Shown: positions 1 to 13,600 of the stretch, one piece after another
Layout: every line of letters starts with the position of its first letter
Numbering within the stretch: the stretch's first letter is position 1
Source of the DNA: Styela clava
Lineage: Eukaryota
Assembly (NCBI RefSeq): GCF_964204865.1
Contig: NC_135261.1
Span: 12,028,001 to 12,092,000, forward strand
DNA length: 64,000 nt
Direction: 5' to 3'
Notes under the pieces: generated by a model
The model's database searches: none
What the model was told of the DNA's origin: nothing
The model's input: the letters and a program-made list of their open reading frames with translations, nothing else
Made by a program: the position numbers and the translations under genes

Positions 1-746
1 ATTTTCCCATTTGCAATGGCTGATTACGTTACAGTCGTACTGGACCAGATTTTCAGAAAAAATTACTAGGCAAGTCAATAAACTCAAGGCGCAAAAAGTA
101 CCAACCGGGAAATATTAAATAATACAACGACATTGGTATGACCTTCAGAAGCGTTCGACTGAACTTAGAGTATGATTTATATATTCCTATATAAAAAAAA
201 ATACGTAACATTTTTTATTTCAATGTTATGAGATTTATTCATACCGCTAAATTTATTTTTAGGTAAGAAAAGTCACCATACACCGAAAAAAACTAAATAG
301 AAGGACGATATTAATTTTTTCATATCAGGTTTTCTAATGTGTTAATATAATGGGATCATAAAAATCGCAAAAATTCAATTTCTGAAATCCAGTGTGACAA
401 GTCACGCAGGTTTCGCATCGCTATCGTTTATTTTTGGAACCTGATTTTCTACATGCGTTTGAAACGAGAGAGAGCGGAAGCTGATAGTAAAAGGCGAACA
501 ACCGCGCATTTGTTATTATACTACACTTCACCTTTTACTATCAAAAGCATCTGTCTTCAGAAAGAAGGCGTATAAATCCAATATATTCTAGCCAATAATA
601 TATGTGTCGTTCACATATAAAGATCAACTTAAACACGTTGAGTTAGTAACACGAGGGCGTAGGGTTGGAGGTTGTTCTGAAAATTGATAATATTTTGAGT
701 ATATTGATTTATATTACAGATCAGAGTCTATATATTCAAAAATGTT

Positions 747-3700
747 ATGAAGAAAATTTGGAAAGACATCAAAATTTTGGATTCCAATCTTTTAAAGAGA
801 AAGTCTAGAGCAATGACTGGATCCACATCACAGAAGCAATACACAATGAAACCACAAGATACGGAGAAATATATATTTCGATTGATGAACCAGCAAAGAA
901 GAGAAAATGGCTCTGAAAACTGTGAAGTAATTCTGCTGACAAAGGGAATTAAGCATTTTGGTCACAAAACTGTCTTGAAATCATTTAGTGAGTTTTTCCG
1001 TCAATATTTTGAAGATGAGGCAAAAAACAAGCTCTTGTGTGGAAATGATACCAAATCAACGGACGAAAGTGATAAACTAATTAAATATGACCAACATAAA
1101 CCAAGTAAAGTAAAAGGACAAAACCATACTACAATACATTTGCCCGGTATCAACTCGGAAGAACTCAGTCCCATTCTGGAGTACATGTACGGCTCAAAAC
1201 TTTCATTGAAAGCCGAAAACGTAAACGAAATTTTGTTTGTTGGATGCCTGCTTCAGGTAAAATTCAATTAGTTATTTGATTAGATTACAAATATGTCACG
1301 ATAAAGTAAAAATCAGTCCATACGAATAAAAACGGCATAACTACAAATAAATTATAACCGTATTTGAAATTTAAGAAGCACATTATTTTGTTTTAGTCTA
1401 AAGCCGCATAAAGTCTAAGTTTGGGGTCGAAAAAAAATTAGGATATAAACTATTACACAATCTTTTTTTTCAGATACCAACTATTATTGAATTCTGCTCA
1501 GAAGTACTACTCGAGCAACCTGATTGGCGTTCGCCACTTGTATCTGAAAAAATTCACAATTTTGCCAAAACTAAAGATTTGAAAGAGGACAACTCAAAAC
1601 GGCATGGTGGCATACATGTTCAAAATGTACCACCCACATCAACAGATGTCACGTGGACTACTGAAGGAATAAGGACAACCACTTTGCAACCGTGAGTGTC
1701 TACTTCCGTGCTTTTGACTCATAATTACGTGTTTTTATCAATATTCAGATGGAGAACGTCGTAGCGTAATATGCTTTTTGGAACTAATGATATCAGATTA
1801 ATATATAAATTTCAGAGAACTATATACCTATTATACTTTACAGGCTTAAAATAAACACTAATACGAAAGAAGATTCGATCTGCCAAGAAACAGAGGAGAC
1901 CAGCAGACCAAGTGAGTCTGATGTATTCAGTTTCAAAAACTTACGTCAAATTTCAGTTTTTGTTGTAAAATGTATAAAAATACTTGAACTAGTTAATTAG
2001 AAGTTTTGGTAATTTCAAAACCCTTTTGACTAAGTATTGAGTATGTGCTTCGAAATTACGTTGAATCGCGCTTGACGTTATGTTGTGCATAAATTATGAA
2101 TAGGTACTTCCATTCCTAACGGTAATAAATCTTTCTGTCAAATGAAAAATTTTAAGAGGCAGTAACATTAATCTTCTTGCACGTTCTAACCAGTTAACTT
2201 ATACTCGACGATGCAAGTAAATATACTTTACGACATTGCTTGAGGTTTTTCCATTTTATGGCGAATAAAATTTAGTCACGAAAGTCATGACTTGCGGAAT
2301 AGTAGATTCCATTGCGGTTAAATTTCATGCCATATAATGACCTAGATTTTCTAAGTTCAAGCATCGCCAAAATTACCAAATAAATTGAAGCCATTATTTT
2401 CGAACTAATCTTCAAAGAAAGCGCAGATTGGTATAATAGACAATTTACTTATTGCGTTTCAAATTCAACGGCGTCATCGAGTTGGGTAAAAACTTGATCC
2501 ACTTGAAATCAATACGTTTCCGATTGTAAGTGTTGGAATAGAAAATTGTCTGTGAAAATCAAAGTGAATCCGACAATTTTAGAACAATCAAACATTAAAA
2601 TTATGACATTATATATCCTAACAGTGATAAATGCGTAAATCGAAGCGTCAATGAAATACGAACATACTAACCTATACGTTTCTGTCATATGATCTTATTG
2701 CGTAATTTTTAAGATAAGAGTATCTGAAGTAACCTTAGGAGCGAAAATTATTTCAATGTCAAGTTGTTCGGCGTGAAAATGATATTGGTGCAAACCAGAT
2801 TATTTTTCCTATTGAAATAATGGCGTGCAATAATATCGAATAATGAGACAATTTTCGATATCACAATGCTAAATTCGAACGACCTCAAAACCATTATTTT
2901 ATCGTGAACGTTCTATGAGACGTCAAGAATAGAAGTCTTTTTTTAAATAACACATAACAAGATCGCATGATAACACGTGGAATGGTGTCACAGAACTTCT
3001 TTTTCTTTTAAATTTCTCCAATTTATTCTTTAACGAGCCTTCAATATATGGAATTCCCGCCTCCACAACAACAGGTCTGAGTCACGGGCCATGATCATGA
3101 CGTAACCCAAAATGGACAATTCAAATTTTGCTTCTCTATAATCTTTACATTGTTCAAGATTTGTTTACGCATATCTGAAATATTTTTCTTCTAACGGAAA
3201 CCGCAAGTTCAACCTTCATTCTGTTTACGATTTTTGTAACTGACTTGGTGACTAATTCCAAGTTTAGTTTAGTTGAGGTTGCACACCCTCATCCGAATAG
3301 GAATCCAGTCAAGCAATGCGGTATATTTAACGACAAGGTAATAACTAAATTGTTATTACAATTATACATAAAAGTATAAAGAAACAAGCGTTTTATTCAA
3401 CGTAAATCAATATTTGCATTAAATTATAGACTCTGCTGATGGTAATTCAAACCCATAATTTTTGTTTCAGAGTGTAACAGTGCCACGTTACATGACGACT
3501 CTACAATCCAGCATAACGTCCGCAGATTGTTAGTTGCACAACATAAAAGAAAGCGACAATATCCTTGGACCAACACATCAAGCGGTGAATTACTTGAACA
3601 CAGAAACGTCATCCCAAATATTGTTGAAGAAACCTTCATCAATGAAAAACAAGTTACGATGGGTAGAACAGAGACTCTAAACGGCAACAAAAGAAGTTCT

Positions 3701-4933
3701 GGCAGCAATTTTTATTCACAAAAATATGCACGCCTGAATTCGGAAATGACTGGATGGATACCATCACCATTTATGCCATCTAACACTGCCGATACCATGT
3801 TTCTACCAAAACATGAATTTGACCCAACGAGAAATGTTGCAAATAGTTTCATTCCTGTTAGTACAAACTTTATGGAAACAACTTCTGTTGTTGGAAAGAA
3901 ACTATCACCAAAATTGAACTACTCTAATTCGGCAAAAATGTTTCAAAAGCCATTCCGAAGTTCGGATTACATCGAGGAACAATTACCCAAAAATAAGCAA
4001 GCAAACTGCCTGGGCGTCGAATCCGCAATGTCGTTTCCCCAAATCAATGGACTAAATCAGAATTTGACAACCGCGTATGCTCCCACGTTAGCTTTACCGA
4101 TTTTTCATCATGGATACTTTGGATATCCTATGATAGAATCAGTCGGTGCCTTGGGACACCTGAACAATTTGTCGGGTTTTTACAACAAGGTTATGCCATC
4201 GACTACTCAGTACGACTACGCGATACGTCAACTTCAGAGTCAAAAATACGATTCAAAGGCAGAGACCAATTTTATGGCTTGTTCAACTCAAAATTTGTGT
4301 CCTCCGCCGTTAATCGACAAGCGATATGCACAAACGCTATTTCAAAGAAATCCATCCACACTAAATTTCAGCAATTCCAAAGATTTATTGGGGGGAGTGA
4401 TTGATATAAGCAGCTACGGGCTGCATATGACGGGAGAAGATGACATTAATCAAGCATCCAAGCCTTTGAACCTCGTATGTAAACCAAATGATAAACTCCA
4501 GCAACACGGTTTAGATGTGGAAAATAAATTGCATTTCGACGTCCAATCTACGAAATTTTCTTCCATTCTAGTTCCAGAATCAGACACAATTTGTAAATCT
4601 GAAGCCCCGGGCGCACAACACGTATCATCAACGAACGAAACACCACTTAATACGCAGAAACACACCCTTATTAATGATACTTATGTGGATTACCACAAAC
4701 GAAAACGGAAGTATTTGCGTGCTGCGGGTATCGAAAGTTCGGGTTTTTCGAAAACCGACGCCCTAAAATCGCCTCATCATCAATACAACAAAGTGTTTGA
4801 AGATGAAGGAAAACCTCCTGCTGTTCAAAGGGGCCAATGCTCAAGTGAAGATAATATAATTACCCGCGAATGCCACCAAATGGATGTTAGCGATCCCGAA
4901 AGCGATGACTCAGGTCGTCCAAGCAGTGTTTGA
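747..4933 (+). CDS. BTB/POZ-domain protein, 4 exons (~752 aa from the first ATG; alternative start at 813), with a long low-complexity C-terminus
   Basis: Exons 747-1256, 1474-1691, 1844-1911 and 3471-4933 are all GT-AG and phase-compatible (0, 2, 1). BTB hallmarks: CEVILL..GHKTVL..FSEFF, ELSPILEYMYGSKLSL..ENVNEIL..GCLLQ|IPTIIEFC across the exon 1/2 junction. Exon 4 is the 3527-4933 ORF. Confidence 0.8.
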
Positions 4934-7900
4934 TGTCTCAAGGTGACGACTTCTTCGTAAGATGTATTTCAACAGGTGCAATTATTAAGCAATCATTATG
5001 TATTGAATCATGGTACTTTACGTTATTTTTTGTTTGGTAATGCGTTTAAAGATTTGTATATTTTTATATAAAAATACTGTCCAGAAGGTCTTCGAATTTC
5101 ATTCCTATACTTTAATTTTCGATATTCTTATTGCCATGTTTTATTTTAAATAAGGCATTGTTTGTTTCTTTTCTACAATTATTTATGTGATTTCTTTATT
5201 TTTAAAAAATGATTTGCTTGACAAAATAAAATATTGCATTTCATCTGTTCCTTACATTCTACACATTCCAATCTCCTATTTTCAACATTATCCACAGCTT
5301 GTTCCAACTAGTGCGATCATTGGTGCAAAAAAAATCAATCATATTTTTTCTTTTCCTGAATATTGTTTATTTTCTTATTTTTCTTTTTATCTCACTCTAA
5401 TGGTATTTTTTTTTAATTTTATTTCAGTGTTTATCGATGAAGTGTAGTAATAACCTTAATCGTGCAATGCACAGCATTTTGTAAAGTTAATAAATACTAA
5501 AATAAAAATGTATTTGTGAAGCTCTCGGTTCAAACGCGAACACCTGTAGTTAAAACAACAGATATCAATCTAACAATTTGAATAAAAATTATCAGTTAAT
5601 ATAGCTTGAAGAAAAATATAGTTTGTAAAATAATAACAACGTAGAACAATTGATATCACATAAAGACCATTTCTAAATAACCAGTTAAGCTGGTACGGCC
5701 CGGGTATCGATGGCAGAGATGAAAATATATAATTTATTTGACAATATTTATTGTTTGTCAACCATGGATTCGATATGAAATTACAATGACAATATTAGGC
5801 GTGATGTTTGTCATGACATGCAGATACGAGTTTTCTCAGGCACAGAAATTCAGGAACTACGAAACTAGATATTGTCACAACTTTCCAAAACAACAACATC
5901 ATGAAAAACAAGTATTTACAACGAAAAAGCTGAAAAGAAGTCATTGCGATAAAGAGTTCAACATTCCAAAAAGTTTGTTTCTCCTGCATTATTGTAATTA
6001 ATGAGGATATTAAAATCAAATCTACTCAGTCGTGCCTAAGGGACCATTAGTTACTAAGCTGTTTAGAAATATGGAGATAATGAGGTCATACTTGTGATCG
6101 GCATCAACACAATTTGGCACATTGGCATCTCAGCGAATAGTGTACAATAAAACTGCTCGTCATTAATCGTGACATATCAATAAGTAAAAATTTAATTATT
6201 CCACGACTTAAGGATTAATATAAGTAATAAGAGAGAGAAAATAAGTGTCAAGAATGTTTCGAAACTGTGGTTTTGTCCGAAACTATGAGTTTGCATATAC
6301 TAAAATTAACATAAGTTACCAATAGAAATGCTGAACGATCAGTGACGATTTGATATTTCTTCAACATAAATGAAAATTGTTTGTATGTTGATCTAATCTG
6401 TTCTCGTATGAAGGTGGTGGGGAATATCGGCGATGGTACCGTGTAACGGCGTGTGTTTTTTTTGTGTGCTGTTCGCGTTTCCATCCGGAAATTCTGGTTA
6501 TTTCTTTCCCAATAGATACTGGATAATCGTGTTATTTGTTTCAATCTTGATATTCTGTGTTTATTGTGAATATCAGCACGACGCGCGCGACGTCGTGGTA
6601 AGTTGTTATGATTGTGACGTAAAAATTCGACAACGACCCGTGGCCATCACACATCTCATGTTTATCTGATTGTGCTAAACTTGTAAACAGATACAGAATG
6701 TCCGCCATATTGATTGGGCCTATTTTGTCATTTGGCAGTTGCATTTTTGGTCAGTATTAACTTATAACAGGGTCGGACGAACTGCGACGCGCGAAGAATT
6801 TATAAGCGTCTCGCGAAAGCCTCTAACAAATAATAAAACAAATATAGAAATATAATTCGATAAGTATCGGATGCAATACTGTTAGATTCATACAGCTTTA
6901 CCACAGTGACTAACGGTAGTTTCCAATCAACCATAAGTGAAAAAGGTTTCTTATCTACAATCATTTGTAACACCTCTGACAATTTGGAGACGCAATAGAA
7001 TTCATTTTCTTTTGTCGTGCGGGATCTAGTTTTTCCGACTTCTCGATTATACTGTTTGGAGGTAGTTAAAACCCCGCACTGAAAAAATTCAGATATACTG
7101 TATTCAATTTCACTCTTTTGATATAACGTTTGTTCTGCTCCATAGTTTTATATTAGTTGATACGACATTCACGGTTCAATAGCTTTTAAAATTTTATATT
7201 ACGTTGCGTAACATTCAAAATAAAGAAAGGCACATGGAAGATATGCCATATTGACTTTAGTTGGAAAACCACAGATCAGGGGTTTGGAGATAGTTAGAAG
7301 AGGATTCACAAAATTTAAGAATAAGTAAACCCATGCACACATTTAAAATAAAACGCAAATGTGCTGATAAATGTCGCGTGGCCCGCAAGCCAACCAATGT
7401 GGCCCGCAAGTCAAATCAGCAGTCCATTTTTGACGTAGACAGATGCATTTATTCAACCCATAGTCCTACTTGAATAAGAACATATAAAAATACTGTTAAT
7501 GGCAAAACGGAAATATATCATCTCGATAAAAGCAATTTTTCTCAAATCCATAAATCAATATTTATTTTAAAGATTTTTTTAATTTGAAAATTACAATATA
7601 TTTCTAATTTAGATATAACAACTTTCATTAATCATAGCGCTAAAATCCTGAAAAATCACCTATGCGTGAGGACACTAACACCATTAGTATGGTGTATTAT
7701 ATTATATGCAATTACATATATATATTATCATTAGATCACTGTTTCCATGGAAAAAATAAAATAGCGTGTTCAGTATATATTCTGGAGTAAATTAGTCCCT
7801 CAGGAGTGAAAAAGAAGATAATATCATACCTCAAATCCTCGAAAATGTAATTATTGAATAAAAGTAATTGAAAGCTAATAGACACCATTCAGTTAATTTG

Positions 7901-8892
7901 TTTACAGCCTGCCTTAGAAAGTACACATACGAGCATTGATTATTCAATAACAACTTACTTTGATGACCTTGTGATTTGGTTTACCTCAAGGTTTATTTTC
8001 GAAAACAAAAGCGCATTGTCGTGAACCTTGCAACTCTTCTACTCAAGATATTATGCACTTCAAAATTATTTGCATTTATTTACTCCAGCTCGGCATCTCA
8101 TGGTTAGGAAACAAGTCGTGATTTCATAACTGTATGTATAGACGACTAAAGATACTGGTAGAGAACCATTTCTAGCAGGGTCAGTTCTTGCGTGACGCGT
8201 TATTCAGGACGTAAACGTTTTTACGTTGGTGTTTATTGTCCCTAAATCACAAATTTGTGCCACGATAACGATGATAATTACTTTATTTTTGTGATCCTAC
8301 AGAATTGTGATTCCATTGAGAGTTATTATACACACATCGGCGGCGAGATGCTAAAGATAAATAAAGATTGATTGAAATACGGCAATATGAAATACTAAAA
8401 ATAAAACTGTAAACAATATAAGTTTTGTTGTACGTAGCCTGCGACAGATTAAAAACGCTTCTCTTTGTACGCTTTTATTGTACCAAAATAAATTTCACTC
8501 CGTGAGATTTTATAACAGATATACGGATTTTCTAACGATTTTATCTTAAAAATAATGAGTGGCAGCATTGCGATTGAACGGAGTCAGTGTTGCAAGTACA
8601 GCTCAGTTTTGTCGAATTCGCAAAAGGGCAAAAATACGTGATTTTTATTTTGTCTGTGCAACTGCAGAAGAAATTGGATACAATTAAATTAATAAAGCAA
8701 GGCGATTCGAGGCGATGAATATGCATTTTTGGTAAACTTTATATGTAGTTTCATTGTACTTAATTAAATTGCACTCGATTTTAATTATATCTGATCTTGA
8801 GATTTTTATAACAGCGATAACGAGTTCGCAAGATCGCAAAAATACGTATCAAAACTAAATACAATTAGGCAGTTAATCTCATATTTTTACAC

Positions 8893-9192
8893 GCACCTCC
8901 GATTGATTACCTTGCGTATGTTAGCACGTTCAAATTCATTTAGGGTAAATTTTGTGCTAGAGGATTGCTGTAATCCTCGCTGCTATAGGGTGGTCACGTA
9001 ACTGCTGGTCGGTTACGGCTTCCTCTACCATCAAGTCCGTGCATCTGACATCAAATAACTGGCTAACTAATCCCATATACCCGACATGGACTGGTAACTG
9101 GACAAGAGGCCATGGTTCAGCATATGATTAAATCGTTTTATCGGATTTCCTCTCCCCGGGAATAAATATGTAAATCCTGTCCTCCTATCCTA
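8893..9192 (+). mobile_element. tRNA-derived SINE, diverged copy with eroded 5' end
   Basis: Aligns by eye to the 28915-29250 copy (gagaggattgctg, ggtcggttacggcttcctc, aatatgtaaatcct..atccta tail). Confidence 0.85.
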
Positions 9193-10663
9193 GTAAACCT
9201 AACCTGGGGTATTTTGTATGTTGAAGCACTATTCAGTTAAGTTAAAGGATTTGGCCCGAATTGTTACTCGTGGCTGTATCCTTATTACCATGCTCACGTT
9301 GTGCAAACTTTGCGTGATTATCAATACACACAATGAGTATCAATAGACGAAACTCCAAGCGATACGACCGATTGGTTGCCGTCTACGGAGAGCATGTTAA
9401 GTAGCCTATAGCTGAGCCCTAAAATTGAGATGTTTATATTTTTGGCGTTACAGTGGCACTGCGTTGCCATGGGTGACTTGAAAATCAAATACAAAGTAGT
9501 AAAACAAGAACCAATTTAAAAACAAGCACAATTTAAATGACTCCGATATTTGTTAAGGATATAAAAGTTACCATAATAAGCCGGTTACTTGGCTCGTATA
9601 CCACCAAAGGCAAAACACATGCCGGCAGTACAATTGCATGTTAAAATATTTTTTACGGATCCTGATGACATATCTGGAATCCAGCCCAATGGCTGATTTT
9701 TCAGTAATTCTGAGAAAAGTGGGTTTGTAATGCCTGTTTCATTATATTTCGTATGTAAGTACGCTGCAAGTAAGATGCCACGCGGATTGTCAAATAAGAA
9801 AGAATATTCATAGATAGGCTACCGTTTGACAAAACACCTTCACAGAACAAGAAAACCTAAAATAAACGGACTATACCGTGAAACGTCCACCTTCATATAA
9901 TATTCATCATGTCACATGCTGTCTCGTGAAACCTATTGGACTAAACGCGGTACAAAGTTCGATGTTCGCAAGCTATCATTAACCGCAAAAAAACTTTTCA
10001 AATATTTGTTTAAAGCTATCGCGTATCCATCTGTATTCATCATTTAAAGACGAAGTTCATTGGTTATTCGTTCATATTTGACGGAGTTTCATTGCGATTT
10101 CACTGATTTACCACTATATATTATTATATACCAATCGTGAATGTGTTTGCTGATGTGCAAGCTATCATGTTTAAATACGACATACGCTAAAGAAATAGGT
10201 AAATGAGATGGCTTCAGTCTGAAAGTCATTGTTTGTTTCAATACCTTTAGGGTAGGCCACACACAAGTATGCAATATTATAAGTTGTAGCCAAGGTGAAT
10301 TATATTCTAAATATTTTTGTCCGGTAAAGAAAGTTATATTTAGTTCACAATCACAACACCGATATTAATGAAACAATTCAATAGTGACCGAGACATTTAA
10401 AGATACGGTCACTGGCTGATAGGATTTTGAATCCAGATCTACAAGTTATTATACGAACTTTGAACTACTGCGTATAGTTTATAGCAGTATTCATTGCCTA
10501 TAAAACCACTTTAAAAAGTTACATGTTAGATACTTGGGTGAGAGTCAAAAACCTTTGATACGTTTATATATATATGTTTTTTTTCCGTAATTGATATTTC
10601 TTCGAATTTTTTATCAAGTTTACAGAGTTTGAGCATTGCTTGATAAGATTTGGTGTTTTTGCA

Positions 10664-13600
10664 ATGCCAGAAATACTCATAAAAGGTATTGACGTTGCTG
10701 AGGATGGCCTTAGTTTGACTATTCATTGGGGAAATGTACACAAACGAAGGTAAGTACAAAATAAATGTGATGTCACCTATGTTGAAATGATGAATATATA
10801 TATATGTTAGAGGCCAAATTTCGACAGATACCTACATTCACTCGTCACAAAATTGCACTAATTGGTTGTTCCAAGTATGGTGCACCACAGCAGCAAATCA
10901 TTAACTAAAATATTCAACTTACCAAGTATTACCCTATACCCTATATTGGGCTACAATATTTACTTATCGATCTTGATCGGTAAGTATGTTGATAAGTTTT
11001 TGTCTGCCTGTTAGACACTTTCGTATGTTACTCGATATATCACGAAAGCGAGGTTGAATCTTCTCCTAATAGCATGTACAATCATCATATCTCGGACCAG
11101 AAGCCTATTAATTTTGAATGAATGTGTCGCATAATAGCGAGTTATTAATTATTTGATTGATTAATATTTTTTTGCGGAAGATCGATGGGTCGGCGGTCTG
11201 CCATCGCTATCTAATTTACTGCTTTGCGGTTTTTCCATCCATGTAAACACCACCGCTATGCCATCTATATAAATTTATTCTTTCTGAAAATTTTCTTATT
11301 ATTGCTATTTTAAACTGGAGTTTATGGAACATGCATAGAGGAGATTTGTTCAAAAATATTTGTTTTAAAACATGGTTTTTATGACTTTGATGTAGGTGCT
11401 AACTTGGCGATAAAAGAACGCGGTGAGAGTGGAAATCGAGGCATAATTTTTTTTCATACCTATTTGAGATTATTCTTCCCACAGTGTGTGAAACTGTTAA
11501 GAAGTCAATTTGGCGCATAGTTTCACCGTAATAAAATGGGTTTTTCAATAAAAAAAATACAGAAGAAACAAAAAAATAATTTGAAAAGAAGCCCTCGTTT
11601 TAACAGGAGGCCTCTATTGCTTTAGAAAAATAAAAGAACCGTATATTCACAAAGTGATTCATAGCAACATAAAACGTAAAACACTATCTTAAAACATTTA
11701 GAAAACTGCATACTTATCAACGCTTTTTACTATCTATCCAGATGCAGCAGCAAATGGCTTCGATTCAATTGTATGTGTGACAAATGCAGACCGGAATTCT
11801 CAGGAATGTATCCGTTAGACAGGGCAGATTTTGAAGACAATATTATAATAGAAAGTGCAATAGTATCAGGTTAATATCATTTTTTAATTAAACCTACATT
11901 CTTCATTGTCGGACTGAATCATTCTACTAATTATTGGAGAATAATTAGGACCTCAATGATAGTGAAAATTACAGAACACTGAGACGAAGAAATTAATTGA
12001 TAAAGAAAGTATTTCACGGGATATTTCAGTCATATATCAGTATGAGTACTTCTCTATTGATCCACAGTTAAATCTATTATAAGTACATTAAACAATGTTC
12101 AACTTTCTTTCTGAATTCTTGTTCGAAAACATCTAGCTAGAACAGCATTGCATCAAAATAATATAGAGAGGTATCCATAATTCTGAAAAAAAGCATGGCA
12201 ACTTATTGCCTTGTAGGGCCACCTCGAGGCTATGCTGTTTTCGCATAAAAGCGTTTACTTGTGTTGTGGTAACTTTGATTCATAAATTTTATGTAATACA
12301 GCTATTGCAAGGTAGCCGCTCACAAATAGGCCGAATGGTCATTTTGCGGTTATACTGTCCATTCTGGGCAAAGGCATGAATATGTATATATTTTCAATTT
12401 TGCTTTCATTTTATTGTGCCCGTTGGCATGGGTGTTTAATAAAAACGATTTGATTGTTTGATTTGAAATAGCCATGGTGGGGAAAGCGCGTTTACAACAA
12501 ATCAAATTCCGATTCGGTAGCTCAATACCTGATAAACTTGATGAATATTGATTTCCGCTGTAAGATGGATCATAGTATTATTAAACCGAATCTGCGTACA
12601 AAACAATATATATATATCAGACACTGATAAATGTAAAATATTCTTGAATTTCATAACGCCAAATTTTTTTTCTCAAGTTCATCACTCAACTAAAATGTAG
12701 TCAAATAATCGTAACGTTGCATTGCATTTAATGATCGTTTGTGTCTTCGAGTAAACCAGTAACCACACATAAATTACTGAATAGAAAATTCCGTAAACCT
12801 ATTGATTAAGTAGAGTCAATAATGAGAAAAATGTAAAAACAAGATTTATACGAGGTCAGTAAATCACTTTCCCCAGGCCGAGATTTGTAAAATATTCAGT
12901 CTATATTTTATATCGCAGATGAAGAACTGCATTGCAAAATTACGAAGGATGTGTACCCCAATCACGTGACTAAAATATCTCTTGGATATTTATTATCGAA
13001 TTGCAATTGTGATGCTTGTATCAAAAATGATTTATCAAAACGTAGGGTCGTCATGCCTCACCCTTCTACAAGCTCAGTTCCATACGCTGACTATGATAGT
13101 ACGTTAACAGAAGAAGGATTATTCAGGTATATATACCAAATTCAACATTATCATGTCTGCTCCAAAAAACTTTTCTGTTGCTATAAAAAACAAGAGTTCA
13201 ATGGTACTATATATATATATATATATAAACACTAGCTAATATGACCACGGTAATATCGGCTAAACTATAGTAAAACTGTTGGAAGCCCGTGCTGGAGGCA
13301 TGCATATGAAGGCATGTCCATGAATTAGTCCTCACGATAATTTTTTTTACTATTATCATTAATCTGTAAAGGAGAAGGTTTCTCCAACGCTTCTAGAATA
13401 TGACACTAAATTCTCTGATTATTGCTCAGCTTTCTGGAAAAATTCATGAAGTATGGATATTGTGTAGTTCGAAATGTTCCAATAAGTAAAAAAAGGGTTT
13501 GGTGAGTTTTTCAAAACGATTGAATATTTTAAAGTAAGCATCTATATCTCGATATATCTTTGTGAAATTCTGAATATTTGCCACGTTTGCCCTTAGCATT

